From: Macrostomum lignano
Taxonomy: Eukaryota
Reading direction: 5' to 3'
Assembly: GCA_002269645.1 (NCBI GenBank)
Contig: NIVC01000507.1
Location: 62,001-126,000, forward strand
Length of the DNA: 64,000 bases
Shown here: positions 12,192 through 53,270 of the stretch, in pieces
Layout of the letters: every line of letters begins with the position of its first letter
Numbering within the stretch: position 1 is the stretch's first letter
Made by a program: the position numbers and the translations under genes
The notes under the pieces: generated by a model
Told to the model about the DNA's origin: nothing
The model's database searches: none
What the model saw: only the letters and a program-made list of their open reading frames with translations

Positions 12192-12642
12192 GTGCCATGG
12201 CGAGTGGTAAAATAGTTTTGAAAAAAAGACATGCAAGACTCAAATTATTCCTTATTTGGTGACCCTTACCCGAAATCTTGTACGAGTTTGTGTGTTGAGT
12301 TTGTCTTCGTCATTATTCATATGCAACTTGGACACTGTTGACTTTGACTACAATATAGATGTACTAATATGTACTAATACAATAGTATGTATTCAGTTAG
12401 AGCAAAGTCTTTTCTCGATAATTTGTTTGTCTGTTTATTATATCTGTTGGATCAAATATAAAAATTAGTGATGTTATTAAAATCAATGCCTAGCTAATAA
12501 CTATATTCATGTTTTAGTGGTTACTGGGTCGAGTAAAACTATTGCTGTTTGTGACTTTGACATTGATTTTTTATATTTGACATTAAATGTCCTTCTGAAG
12601 AATAGTGTGTTGTCGCTAGTGACGGTTTCGGAATGAGCGTTG

Positions 12643-13400
12643 TTTCTGTCTGTATTAGTTTCTGTTTCTGTCTGTATTAGTGTCTGTTTCTGTCTGTATT
12701 TGTGTCTGTTTCTGTCTGTATTTGTGTCTGTTTCTGTCTGTATTAGTGTCTGTTTCTGTCTGTATTTGTGTCTGTTTCTGTCTGTATTAGTGACTGTTTC
12801 TGTCTGTATTTGTTTCTGTTTCTGTCTGTATTTGTGTCTGTTTCTGTCTGTATTAGTGTCTGTTTCTGTCTGTATTATTGACTGTTTCTGTCTGTATTAG
12901 TGTCTGTTTCTGTCTGTATTAGTGTCTGTTTCTGTCTGTTTGTTATCAGTTTCTGTCTGTATTTGTGTCTGTTTCTGTCTGTATTAGTGTCTGTTTCTGT
13001 CTGTTTGTTATCAGTTTCTGTCTGTATTTGTGTCTGTTTCTGTCTGTATTTGTGTCTGTTTCTGTCTGTATTAGTGTCTGTTTCTGTCTGTATTTGTGTC
13101 TGTTTCTGTCTGTATTTGTTTCTGTGTCTGTCTGTATTTGTGTCTGTTTCTGTCTGTATTAGTGTCTGTTTCTGTCTGTATTATTGACTGTTTCTGTCTG
13201 TATTAGTGTCTGTTTCTGTCTGTATTAGTGTCTGTTTCTGTCTGTTTGTTATCAGTTTCTGTCTGTATTTGTGTCTGTTTCTGTCTGTATTAGTGTCTGT
13301 TTCTGTCTGTATTAGTGTCTGTTTCTGTCTTTATTTGTGTCTGTTTCTGTCTGTATTATTGACTGTTTCTGTCTGTATTATTGACTGTTTCTGTCTGTCC
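12643..13400. repeat. Second block of the same TCTG-rich minisatellite
   Basis: Separates the two copies of the COPE terminal exon and 3' flank. Confidence 0.95.
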
Positions 13401-13459
13401 GTATTTCTATCTGTTTCTGCTAATCCTTACTATTCCTGTTCGGCAACTTCGCATTTCAG

Positions 13460-13516
13460 GAAACGGAGTTCGATAAGATCAGTTCGAACTACCGGGAGTC
13501 GGTGGCCAGCAACTAG
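13460..13516 (+). CDS. COPE: Duplicated COPE terminal exon ([18 protein letters not shown])
   Basis: Intact acceptor (GCATTTCAG), phase 0 and stop; one non-synonymous change against 12135-12191 (A to T); about 450 bp of 3' flank is also duplicated. Confidence 0.6.
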   Translation, partial: ETEFDKISSNYRESVASN

Positions 13517-13976
13517 GGTGCCATGGCAAGTAATGAAATAGTTTTGAAAAAAAGACATGCAAGACTCAAATTATTCCTTATTTGGTGACCCTTACCCGAA
13601 ATCTTGTACGAGTTTGTGTGTTGAGTTTGTCTTCGTCATTATTCATATGCAACTTGGACACTGTTGACTTTGACTACAATATAGATGTACTAATATGTAC
13701 TAATACAATAGTATGTATTCAGTTAGAGCAAAGTCTTTTCTCGATAATTTGTTTGTCTGTTTATTATATCTGTTGGATCAAATATAAAAATTAGTGATGT
13801 TATTAAAATCAATGCCTAGCTAATAACTACATGTTTTAGTGGTTACTGGGTCGAGTAAAACTATTGCTGTTTGTGACTTTGACATTGATTTTTTATATTT
13901 GACATTAAATGTCCTTCTGAAGAATAGTGTGTTGTCGCTAGTGACGGTTTCGGAATGAGCGTTGCGAGGCACAACT

Positions 13977-14082
13977 AAAGGCTGCGTACGGCTGTTCAGT
14001 CCAAGGACTGGGGGGGGGGTCGCCACACACCCTCAATTACCTCAGCTAATGCTGGCACCCATTGTACAGCTGGGTGAACTGG
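13977..14082 (-). mobile_element. Truncated CORE-type SINE fragment
   Basis: Reverse complement matches the body of the SINE at 42747-43064 (CACCCAGCTGT...GGCGACCCCCC...CAGTCCTTGGACTGAACAGCCGTACGCAGCCTT). Confidence 0.8.
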
Positions 14083-14486
14083 TCCTACGCTCTAGCCACT
14101 AGGCTGCAAACCCCTACAACTGTGGAGCGAGTGCAAATTACTTGTGACGTCACGGGCTTTGTCCGAAGTCGTGATGATTTCATTGCTTTGAATTGATTCT
14201 CCGGGCCTGTGCTTTAGACGAAAGTAAACATCAATCTCGTATGTTTACTTATTACATTGACTAACATTGAGAGGCAACTCGAAAGCATAAATAGCTGTGC
14301 ATTGATTAAGGAAGCAACGTTGACCTGCTAATGTCCCATGCACATAGAGGCGAGTCCCAACACAATTGGGAAGGACAGGTGAGAGCGGAGACGCTCGAAG
14401 GGAAGCTGCTAATTCATAGACAGTTTAATTATCTTAGATCTGCTTCATTAGAACTTTTTATGGTGTACAGAAAAATGATTCTGTCA

Positions 14487-16090
14487 TGACAATGTCAGAT
14501 TGGGTGTCATGGCAATGCAGATTGGGTTACACTGACAATTCAGATTTGTTGCACTGAAATGTCAGATTGGCACTTGGCAGTTCACATTAGTTCCCAGTAC
14601 TCGTCAATAGTATGAGGTCACTAATATTGATCAACGACTGCTCAGTGGACAGTTATGTAACACTAGATCCAGTAAATGTCAATTAGCCACAATTGGCCTC
14701 AGTTGAATCTGCGAAGCGACCTGCTGCAATTTAAACTAAAACAAAAGCCGAAATGTAATCTGTAATCTAATAAAAATTAAAGAAGTTATAGTTCAGCTCG
14801 TACTCTCCCGACCTGTTCATGTGAGAGCCAGCCTCCATACATTTCCCTAAGTATGCCTGGAGGATCAACGTCTGTAATGTGCAGAGCTTGGCTGATCAGA
14901 TTTCAGTAATTGTCTTCTTTTCCTCTTCGAAGTCAGTTTGGGCAAATGTCTGATGTGAACCCATTCGGTAAATCGGAGGTCCTCTGCCCATCACGATTGT
15001 GATATCAATGTTTTGAATAGTTCTTAGGAGATCAGGATATCAATTTAGTCGTATTACAGGAGCTAGGGCCCCCTGCGACATTCGCAACAGTCCACACAAG
15101 CAGGCGTTGCCAGCGACTGCAATGTCCCAGCTGTTCAGTCATATTCGAGGCCGACTGTCTGTCGCAATCAACGAATTGGCGGACGCGATCAGCCTGAGAT
15201 TGCGGAGACGCTCCGATTCAGGTGAGGCTTGCTAATTCAATATGACAGTAGCAGTTAATTATCATTATTAAAGATCTGACTTCACTTAGAACTCCGCCTT
15301 CTCTTGGTGTACTTTAGTACTAAAATGGGTGATTCGGTGTCACTGACAATGTCAGATTGGGTGTCACTGGCAATGTCAGATTGGGTGTCACTGACAATGT
15401 CAGATTAGGTGTCTGCACTGACAATGTCAGATTGGGTGTCACTGGCAGTGTCACATTAAGTAATCCCGAGTACTCGTACAATAGTATGAGGTACAATAAT
15501 ATTGATACAAACGTATCTGCTCAGTGGACAGTATATGTACACACAAGATATCCAGATGAAATTTAATTAGGCCACAAAAATTGGCGGCTCAGGTGAATCT
15601 GTCGAACAGATGGTTCAAATTTAAAAGTAAAAAAATAGTCCGAATATTAAATTATCAACTAATAAAAATTAAAATTGAGAGTTATAGTTCAGCTCGTAAG
15701 CTACTCCGACCTAAGAATCTTCATGTGAAGAGCCAGCTCTCCATTTTCGATTTCCCTAAGGATATGCACTGGCAGTTGATAACGTCTGTAATTGCTGCAC
15801 TAGAGCTTGGCTGATCAGATTCTCAAGAACTCTCCCCCCTCTCTCTCTTCCTCTCTCTTCGAAGTCTAGATTTGGAGCTAAATGTCTGCATGTGCGCCGT
15901 GCGGTCCCAGGAGATCGAGAGGTCCTCTGCACCATGCATCGATCCGTCGATATTAATGTTTTGAATAAGAATTTTAGGAGGGATCTAGGATATCGATATT
16001 AATAGTTCGTATTATTTACAGGAGGGCTGAGGGCCCCCTGCGACATTTGCACGCAGACACGCTCTCACACATTTGCAGGCGTTGGCGTGC
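14487..16090. repeat. Two indel-rich copies of a ~650-750 bp segment (14487-15130 and 15345-16090)
   Basis: Collinear shared words (TGACAATGTCAGATTGGG, AGTTATAGTTCAGCTCGTA, AGAGCTTGGCTGATCAGATT, GGGCCCCCTGCGACATT) separated mainly by short indels. Confidence 0.8.
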
Positions 16091-16208
16091 AGCTTCAACC
16101 AAAGGCGCGCTGCACAGGGCACTGAGGTGAGGCAGAATATTATTGTGACAGCTTTTTAATCTCGTGAATCTTTTAATAGCGTGAATCTGGGTTTTTTCTT
16201 TCACGCAG

Positions 16209-20137
<3,929 letters not shown>

Positions 20138-20616
20138 ATAACAGAACCCGAATGCTCGTATATTGGATGCGTTCTTATTAACATAGATTAAAGATTGGCT
20201 AATATTGAAATCATAAATTTCTATTTACAAAAGTTTAACTATCAATAGCTATTGTCGAAATTGCTGAAAGTTCATTGAAAGTCAAAATATTTGAACAAAA
20301 TCTTTAAAATATTCCATCTCTGTATTTCTATTTTTAGCTGCGTCGCATTTGTCGAAACTCCCTCAAAATTTCTGCCGAAAGTGAGTCGAAAGAGTGTCGA
20401 AAGTGTGTCGAAATTTCTGTCAAAAGAGTGTCGAAATTTAAGAAATTCATAAGTTTTAAGTTAAAACGAAAATTGAAAATATTAAAATACATGTCGTGCT
20501 GGGCAGCACACAATATAAATAGCAAAAACTTTAAGAAACACTAAAGTTTGCATTTTTATTTTAACTATTGTTCATCAATTTTTAAATAGTCCAGAAACAG
20601 GAAGAGGTCACAAACT

Positions 20617-41544
<20,928 letters not shown>

Positions 41545-42746
41545 CTGTTGCGTCATTAGGCAGAAAGAGAAGGACTAGATTTAACTGCTTGGATACCAGT
41601 AGCTAAGCTAACTTTCTTATTGCATCCTTAGGGGAAAAATTGCCCCACCTGTTTCGAATGTATTCCAAGAAATGCCATCTGCAGTCAAGGGTGATAACTA
41701 CAAAAAGGTCGAACAGGTGCCAGCTACAGGGGGGGGGCGCCAGTTACAGAGGGGGTGCCAGCTACAGGGGGTGCCAGTTACATAGGAATTGTCATATTTT
41801 TCGCGTCTGGTTTCTATATGGCATTACGAGCGTATTAATAATCTAGTTTCGTTCGGATACAATATTCAGAGATGTTAAAAATGTTACTTTTATTTTGCTT
41901 TCTGTGATAAATACAGTTTTCAATTCTTACTCGTACTTGGTTTTCTAACAGCGCTTCTGCTTGCCTACTAACCAAAATCAACTCTGCTTAACTTGCAGAG
42001 CTTGCCGCAAATGTTCTGACTCACCTGCCGTCTTCGTTATCTTTCTAGATAAATTCAACAGCTAGATAAAAACTCGTAGTTGCATGTATTTACATGTAGT
42101 TGCTGCAGTAATTAACTTTGACTTTTTTCCTGTCACATAATTTATGTCAAGTGGTACGCCGACGTGGGAGGGGCGCCGTTCTTGGCCCTAACACACCTTG
42201 AATGAATGCATAAATAGAATCATTCCATTCTATCGATATGTATATGACTGCCTGTCACTTACACCTCTCTGGCACTGACTCACAAGACCAATTAGTGTCG
42301 TTTTTTGCTTCCAATTATGAAATGCGTTTAATTTGTTATTCGGTCGTGGCGATCTTAGACTAGAAGACTTAATCACTTATTTTCATGCACAGTTAGTAAT
42401 TCAGTTTACACAGTTAATTCTTTACTCAGGACATGCTCGCCGAAATCCGGACCTTTTCAACGTGTTTTCAGACCCGACCAAGAATCTCTGCTAGCTCTCG
42501 TCCGCTACCTTGAAGGGCTATCGGCCGAGCGACCATCCACCTGGACTCTATGGAAGGGAGACCGCGCTGCGGACATCGGCACTACCAGATCTCGGAGGCG
42601 TCAACGCCTCCCCACTGTATCCAGATGCCCCGAATCCCTTGCAGCTGAGTCAAGTCAAGTAATTTCAGCTTACACAGAACAGATGAGAGTCCTGCTTGCC
42701 TATACACGCTATATGAAATTTTTTTGATTATTTAAGCACTTTTCGA

Positions 42747-43028
42747 GGGGTTGCAGCATAGTGATTACAGCGTCGGATCGATTCCCGACTGAAAAGTCGG
42801 GGGTTCGATTTTCGACTCAATTTAACCTTTGAGCAAGACACTTAACTCTGCATTTCTTCAGTACACCCAGCTGTAAAATGGGTACCAGCATTGATGGTAT
42901 GTGTGTGGCGACCCCCCCCCCCCCAGTCCTTGGACTGAACAGCCGTACGCAGCCTTCAGATGCGCCACGCAATATCTGCGGCTGAGCTGTCAAGTTGCAT
43001 ATCTGCTCATTAGGGCAGGTGTAGTCAA

Positions 43029-43064
<36 letters not shown>
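42747..43064 (+). mobile_element. tRNA-headed CORE-type SINE with (ATT)n tail
   Basis: B-box GGTTCGATT; CCTTTGAGCAAGACACTTAAC...CAGCTGTAAAATGGG resembles the MIR/CORE domain; simple-repeat tail. Confidence 0.85.
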
Positions 43065-43067
<3 letters not shown>

Positions 43068-43204
43068 GGGACAATGACCCATAAATCTAATAATTAGTGT
43101 TTTTTGTTAGCAATGGAATATGCAACGTCAACAAATCTTTTAAAGTTTAAAGCTCTAGCCCATTTCTAAGAAGATCTTGAGAAAATTGAGAAAATCTCAA
43201 GTCG

Positions 43205-43330
43205 TAGCATATTACCGCTGAGCCGAGATTCCAATTTAGCCCCAAATTGATGAGACTGCATTTGGAATCGAGCCTGGGCCGCTGGCACATGAGAGCGCCG
43301 CCGCGCTGGATCACTGGGCTATGGCCTCCT
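43205..43330 (-). mobile_element. 5' fragment of the SINE family at 35602
   Basis: Reverse complement shares TAGCCCAG..., GTGCCAGCG.CCCAGGCTCGATTCCAA.TGCAGTC and TTTGGGGCT.AATTGGAATCTCGG. Confidence 0.8.
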
Positions 43331-43699
43331 TACTACTGACTATTGCATGTACATTTAGCCCTATTGTGTATACGAAAATGTAGTTTTGTAAATTTGAGAG
43401 ACATTTTATTGTACAACAAAAATTACATTTTAAGCGCGATCGTAAATTGAGTGAAAGACAAAAATTAATCAATTTCAAGAGTCGAAACGTAAAATTTACA
43501 ATTATTGTTCTGCATATAACAATAGTAATAATGAAATTTGAAATATTTACAACGGAGCATATTGACAGTAGTTATGCAAAGGATACAGAATACATTGCTG
43601 AGGCTTTATTGTAATAAATTCAACAAGCATACGTCATCTAAGCTTTGGCAAAAAAAATTGCCAGGTAAATACTGACATCTATTATCTCATCCCTATTTA

Positions 43700-44370
43700 C
43701 TCTTGGTCTTTATCCTATCTACTATTGGTCTCTATCTCAATCTACTTTTGGTCTCGATCCCTATCTACTCTTGTCTCTAACCTTATCTACTCTTGGAGTC
43801 TATATCCATACCTACTCTTGGTCTCTATCCCAATCGACTCTTGGTCTTTATCCAAATCTACTCTTGGTCTCTATCCATATCTACTCTTGGTATCTATCCA
43901 TATCTACTCTTGGTCTCTATCCCAATCGACTCTTGGTCTTTATCCATATCTACTCTTAGTCTCTATCTCTATCTACTCTTGGTCTCTATCCCAATGTACT
44001 ATTGGTCTTTATCCCAATCTACTCTTGGTATTATCCCTATCTACTCTCGGTCTCTATCCCTATCTACTCTTGGTCTCTATCCATATCTACTATTGGTCTC
44101 TATCCATTCTACTCTTAGTGTCTATCCTTATCTACTCTCTGTCTTTATCCCTATCTACTCTTGGTCTCTATCCATATCTACTATTGGTCTCTATCCTTTC
44201 TACTCTTAGTCTCTATCCTTATCTACTCTCCGTCTTTATCCCTATCTACTCTTTGTCTCTACGTATCCCTATCTACTCTCGGTCTCTATCCCTATCTACT
44301 CCGGAATTCTAACCCTATCTACTCTCTGACTCTATCCCTATCTACCCTGGACCTCTATCCCTATCTACTG
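43700..44370. repeat. About 23-bp degenerate minisatellite (CTATCCCTATCTACTCTTGGTCT)
   Basis: Visible tandem units between the genes. Confidence 0.9.
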
Positions 44371-44529
44371 AGACAAAGCAGCAAAACTAACCAAGCCAAG
44401 TTATTGAAAGGCAAAATAGCATACAATTATGATAACAATAATATTGACTAGTAAAACTTCAATATAAATTTACGTTTTTTAATCAAACGTCAATAGATAT
44501 GTACATAAGTTTACACACATGATTACATC

Positions 44530-48563
<4,034 letters not shown>

Positions 48564-49255
48564 GTGTGCGTCGATAGTCTAGTAGTAATTTGTTGCCTTC
48601 TAGAAACAGATTTTCTCTTTACAGAGCCTTCCAGGCGGGTGCAAGCAAAGCAGAAAAAGTTAGTAAGCCCGTTATTGCTGTCGATTGTTGCTTTCAAATT
48701 TACTCTGTACACAGATCCGATTACTAATTCAGCGTTTCCGCCTGACCACACGCGCGGCGGAGTAGCTTTGCTAAACTAGTTAACAGCTATGACTAGCTCT
48801 AGACTGCATCTGGCTCGCCATTTAAGGCTAAATTTTCAGCTGCCGGTAGGTAAAGGCCGGTTAGGCATGCGCAAGCAAGGTAAGAGAAGTTTCTTTTCTT
48901 TATTTCACCCCAACAGCCAGAAGACGCGCTAATGTACGTTTGTTCGTACACGATAGATTTCACGTGTGCGTGCACATTAAGCGATAGACTCGGACAGCAA
49001 AAGAGTTGTGCAGGCTGTTGGCTGCATGAAATTGCACAAGGCCAAAGAGTTTTAGCACTTCTTCTTCTATAGAAATTTATTCCAACAGGGGCTGCCAGTG
49101 CAAGAGAGTTAAAAGCCGGAACACAAAAACAGTCATGTTATTAAAGTGGCAGTGTTTATGAACCATGCACAAAACTTTCTAGAGTCTTATCGTCCAAAAT
49201 CTTAGTGTCTTAGAGTCCTACGAAAGAGTCTTGTTGCGTTGACCTTGTAACATAT

Positions 49256-49358
49256 TAATATAGACTGGCTGTTGAGGACTGAAATTAACTGAAACGCCTC
49301 GGCACTACGCACCTCGGCGTTTCAGTTCATTTCAGTCCTCAACAGCCAGTCCATATTA
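49256..49358. other. Near-perfect ~100-nt hairpin (pre-miRNA-like or MITE relic)
   Basis: Core arms 49263-49298 and 49316-49351 differ at 1 of 36 positions, 17-nt loop, extendable by about 7 bp. Confidence 0.7.
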
Positions 49359-51156
49359 GTGTTATGGGTAGGCTGAAGCGCGGACGCACAACGCGGTTTC
49401 ACGTCCACAGAAACTGTCTATGGTTGAAGAAGCTTTAGCCATATGCTTAGTGGCGGTTTCGCAGTCCGCGGAGACTGTCTATGGTTGAAACCCAAATAGA
49501 GTTTGAAGCATTCTTCTCCTGGTGGGTGGGAGAGAAAAATAAGATTTGAACAGCTTTAAAGGTTCGGAACTAGCCATGTTTCACTGGGAATCAATACTAG
49601 AGGAAGATATTAGCGGTTTAGAAATGAATGAGATTGCGTTTGTGCAACAACTTGGACATTGTGATCCTGGTGAAGAAGTTAGTCAGTGGACTGGTCTGAG
49701 CGTAAGACAGCAGCAGTTGATTGACGCAGAATTGTCCAATCCAAGCACATTCAACATTACACCACGCTAAACAGATGTGTCGTGGATTGCAGTTTCAAAC
49801 TACGACCATGTATTTGAGGTAACTATTGATGAGCTATCCAACCCGATAACCACGTTATTTACTGAATTCTTTCGTTTATTTCGTGTTTCATTCATGTTGT
49901 GTTTGCTCTCGCAGTGAAATATACTGAGACGAAAAGTTATCCAATTTTACCCATGCTTAAATCAGTCGTGAGCAGATTTGCTTTGACCATAGACAGTGAC
50001 GGCGGACAAATGTAGAGCGTTTCAATCGCGTTTTAACCCAGTCAGCCTACCTATAACAGTCCCTATTGTTAGTGTCTTAAGGAAACTGATGCTTAAAGCA
50101 AAATAACAGCGGCCTTGAAGATATCAGCATCCCCTCTGAGCTTCCTTTTTTAAGCCATAACTTAACCATAACTCTCCCTTTGATCTAGCTTTGCCTTGGC
50201 CAACCAACAACTTCAAATTGACCCTTTGGTATCTGAGCAACCCAGCACTGCTATGAGTCACAGCCTTTCAGCAATTCCCTAATGAATTTTTACATTTTAG
50301 CAATTCCCCCATCGTAATTCTCGAATAAGTCTTCTGTTTGAGAGGTCGATTATTTTACGGTTTAATCCTAACCTTAACAACCCTAAAGCATAACTCTAAC
50401 CCCACTAAAAGTCACATCATTTCAACCATTTCATTTCATTTCAACCATGGGCCACAGAATCTCAGATATTCCCTCCATTAGCCCTGACAACTCGGAAGCT
50501 CAACCCTAATGATCTTTGATATCTGAGCAATTCCCCAGGAGTATTTTAGGGTCAACAGGGTCATGCTTCTTTGACATGACACTGCTTTTATGTATAACAC
50601 GACGCTTCTTTTTAGTCGTGTGGTCGAAATGATGCTTCTTTTATCGTTGACATAATGATTCTTTTCTTATTTTTTCTTTTGTTAAGTTTAAAATATACAC
50701 ATTCAAAATTTTTAATGAATTTAACAGTCTAAAGTTCTGCTTGATCTTTGCAGAAAGCATGTTTTCCAAATATTTAATCCTTTAAGCATTAGAAATTTCT
50801 TAGCTGCGACACATATACCCTCAAGGGAAAATTTCCGATCGAACGGTACAACTTTATGAAAATCGGTTGAGCGGTTTTGGTTGAGCAGTAAATGATTTGA
50901 AGTTAATTTTAAAAGAAAATAGATTAAATTTATTTCATCTGCGAAATGAAAGTTTCCAATAGAAAATAACTTGAAAAATTTTCAAATATAAAAGTTTAAG
51001 TGACTGTAATTCTTTGGATCAATTTCTACCTGGCAGTATCCACGTGGAATTTTGCCATGCGGCACAATTTTTAAAGAATTTACATTCGAACTTCATAAAG
51101 AAAGGCTGCCCACGAAAAATTGACGTAAAACAAATTCTCGAAGCAAAAACGCAATC

Positions 51157-51652
51157 ATGCTGTTTTCAACTCTCGCTCCAATCCTTCTCGCTGCGGTTTC
51201 CAAGCGTCTGCGGAGGTGAGCCTCTATATTCTGGATTATTAAGGTTTTTTTATTCTATGCGTATTTGCATTACAAAACTATACCGGGTTTTCCCCTACTT
51301 CCAGCCGAATTCGGTGAGTGCCTACTCGTCATTTCAATGCACAATTGATGTCTATTGTAGACCAACTACTTAGGTGAAGTACTCGTAGATTAGTTTAGCT
51401 TTGGCTTGGTTCATCGACTTGATGTTTGAATTCTGAGTAATTTAATCTTCTCCACGCCTTTGCGGCAGCGCCTCACTTTCATAATGTTTCCCGTCCTTTC
51501 GCATTTACAGTGCCAGTTAGTGCTGTCTTTCCAGTAGTGCCGGGTAAGTATGTGGCTGCTTTTACGAAATACGAGTATATTTGTCTGGGAAAGACAGACA
51601 GATAGATAAATAGAGATAGGTATATAAATTATAGATAGATAGATAAATAGAC

Positions 51653-51719
<67 letters not shown>

Positions 51720-51731
51720 AGATAAATAGAG

Positions 51732-51762
<31 letters not shown>

Positions 51763-51763
51763 G

Positions 51764-51834
<71 letters not shown>

Positions 51835-52175
51835 CAGATAGATCACAAAATCGCACTTCTGCCCTTCTTTCAGCGCCATCAAAAGGATGCTATTATTGGA
51901 GCACTATTAGCCCCGTGCTACATACAGAAATGATGGAATTATCCAGTTCAACAATCATGAACCAAAACACGTGTGCTACAGCGTGCATGAGTGAGTCATT
52001 CAAATATTTTGGTCTAGCAGACGGTGACCGATGCTTCTGCGGCAATGAGATAGATGGACCCCCAGTGCCTAAAAGATTGTGTAACAAGCAATCCAAGAAT
52101 TATCTGCATGGACGAAATTGCGGCGGCCGCGTGGCAATGGAAGTATTCGATTTAATAATTACTAAGAGGACCTAA
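51157..52175 (+). CDS. Small, probably secreted WSC-domain protein
   Basis: Exon 51874-52175 encodes KGCYY...TCATAC...YFGLADGDRCFCGN...CGG, the WSC pattern. Upstream candidate exons are 51511-51543, a 9-nt micro-exon 51305-51313 and 51157-51215; the signal-peptide exon is in frame only if one base near 51196 is an insertion error. Confidence 0.7.
51600..51843. repeat. (ATAG)n microsatellite
   Basis: Direct reading, intronic. Confidence 0.97.
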
Positions 52176-52398
52176 ACCGAATAGCAACCGACTAAATTGA
52201 ACTTGACCGAAAATGTTAATCCCATATCTAACCGCCAAATACAATAAGTTTAAAACATTTGCAACATTGGTGTAACTCCCATCTTTGAAAACGGCCGATG
52301 GACAGAGCTTTCATTCTGTTGAAACGTTGAAAATTTCAACAAAATCGGTTGAGCCATCCAACCAACGCTGAGAAGCAATGCTGCCCAATGCTGACTCC

Positions 52399-52759
52399 TC
52401 AGCACCTGTCCATCAGCCCCAACAAACAGCGCCCGTCACTCACGTCAGCCGCAGGCGGTTCCGCCCGCTTGTCCAAATGCTGCCACAGGCGCTGGACCAG
52501 CTGAGCAGATTCCGGTTGATACTTGCTCGACTCAATGGCTTTTGAAAGCTCTGCGATGGTTTAAAATCGAACAAATTTAAAACAGAAAACACAATTCAAA
52601 AATCCAAAAGGAAGCAAATCTCTCACCAATTCTAAGATCCTCTGGTAGGCAAGCAACGCGCTTAGTAAAGCTCGTGGAAAAGCTGGCATCAACTCGGACA
52701 GTTCGAGGCCGGCCAAGATGGACGAGTTTGGCCAGTAGCAATAATTTGCTGCGTTGCAT
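52399..52759 (-). pseudogene. Two-exon fragment resembling the N-terminus of a mitochondrial METTL17/Rsm22-like protein; remainder not found
   Basis: Exons 52759-52627 and 52550-52399 join in phase 1 (MQRSKLLLLAKLVHLGRPR...CLPEDLRIELSKAI...LVQRLWQHLDKRAEPP); basic, presequence-like start. The family call rests on weak remembered similarity. Confidence 0.35.
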
Positions 52760-53270
52760 TCAAAAAACAGAAACCATTTTTTCGAGTTTCGTTGCAGATT
52801 TTAAGCTACATTGTAAGTCTACTATAAGTAGGAACATAGAATATTATTGTTATAGTCTAAAAATAAACTAACTCCATTTCAAGACAGAATAGAAACCTGG
52901 AACAGCGCTGAGGTGCAACGCAGACAGGCAGTATATTTAATGGTTAAATAGCTGACAAGTTAATAAACAGCTGAACAATTTTGCAATAGCACTAAATAGA
53001 CAAAGCAGATTATTAAACGCGTGATAAAAATTATGGTAAGTAAAATTATTTTCGATACATATCGGCTAATAAGCGACTTTTAGCGGCTCGACAACGAAAT
53101 GTAACTACATTGAATTTATTGACACTTATAAAGCTCGCAAAAAATGCAACGATTAATTATGGACTATGATACAACATTTATTAAATTTATTATCGATAGC
53201 AAAATACGGAGAGGGGTTGGGTTGAGATAAAATAATAGTTCAATAATTCAATGGGTAGCATTTTTGTTAA

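Noticed and set aside
10946-13541. Long Cys/Val/Leu/Ser-rich ORFs (also 18183-19324, 20830-21756, 33564-34085, 43725-44451, 60304-60939, 61675-62107)
   Set aside because: Translations of stop-free micro- and minisatellites lying between valid splice sites.
16020-16126. TLSHICRRWRAA, reminiscent of an F-box
   Set aside because: Lies in the indel-ridden segment; the sister copy does not preserve it and the rest of the motif is absent.
42430-42665. GC-richer segment with open frames upstream of VARS2
   Set aside because: No recognisable protein or consistent splice model; could not be assigned as the VARS2 first exon.
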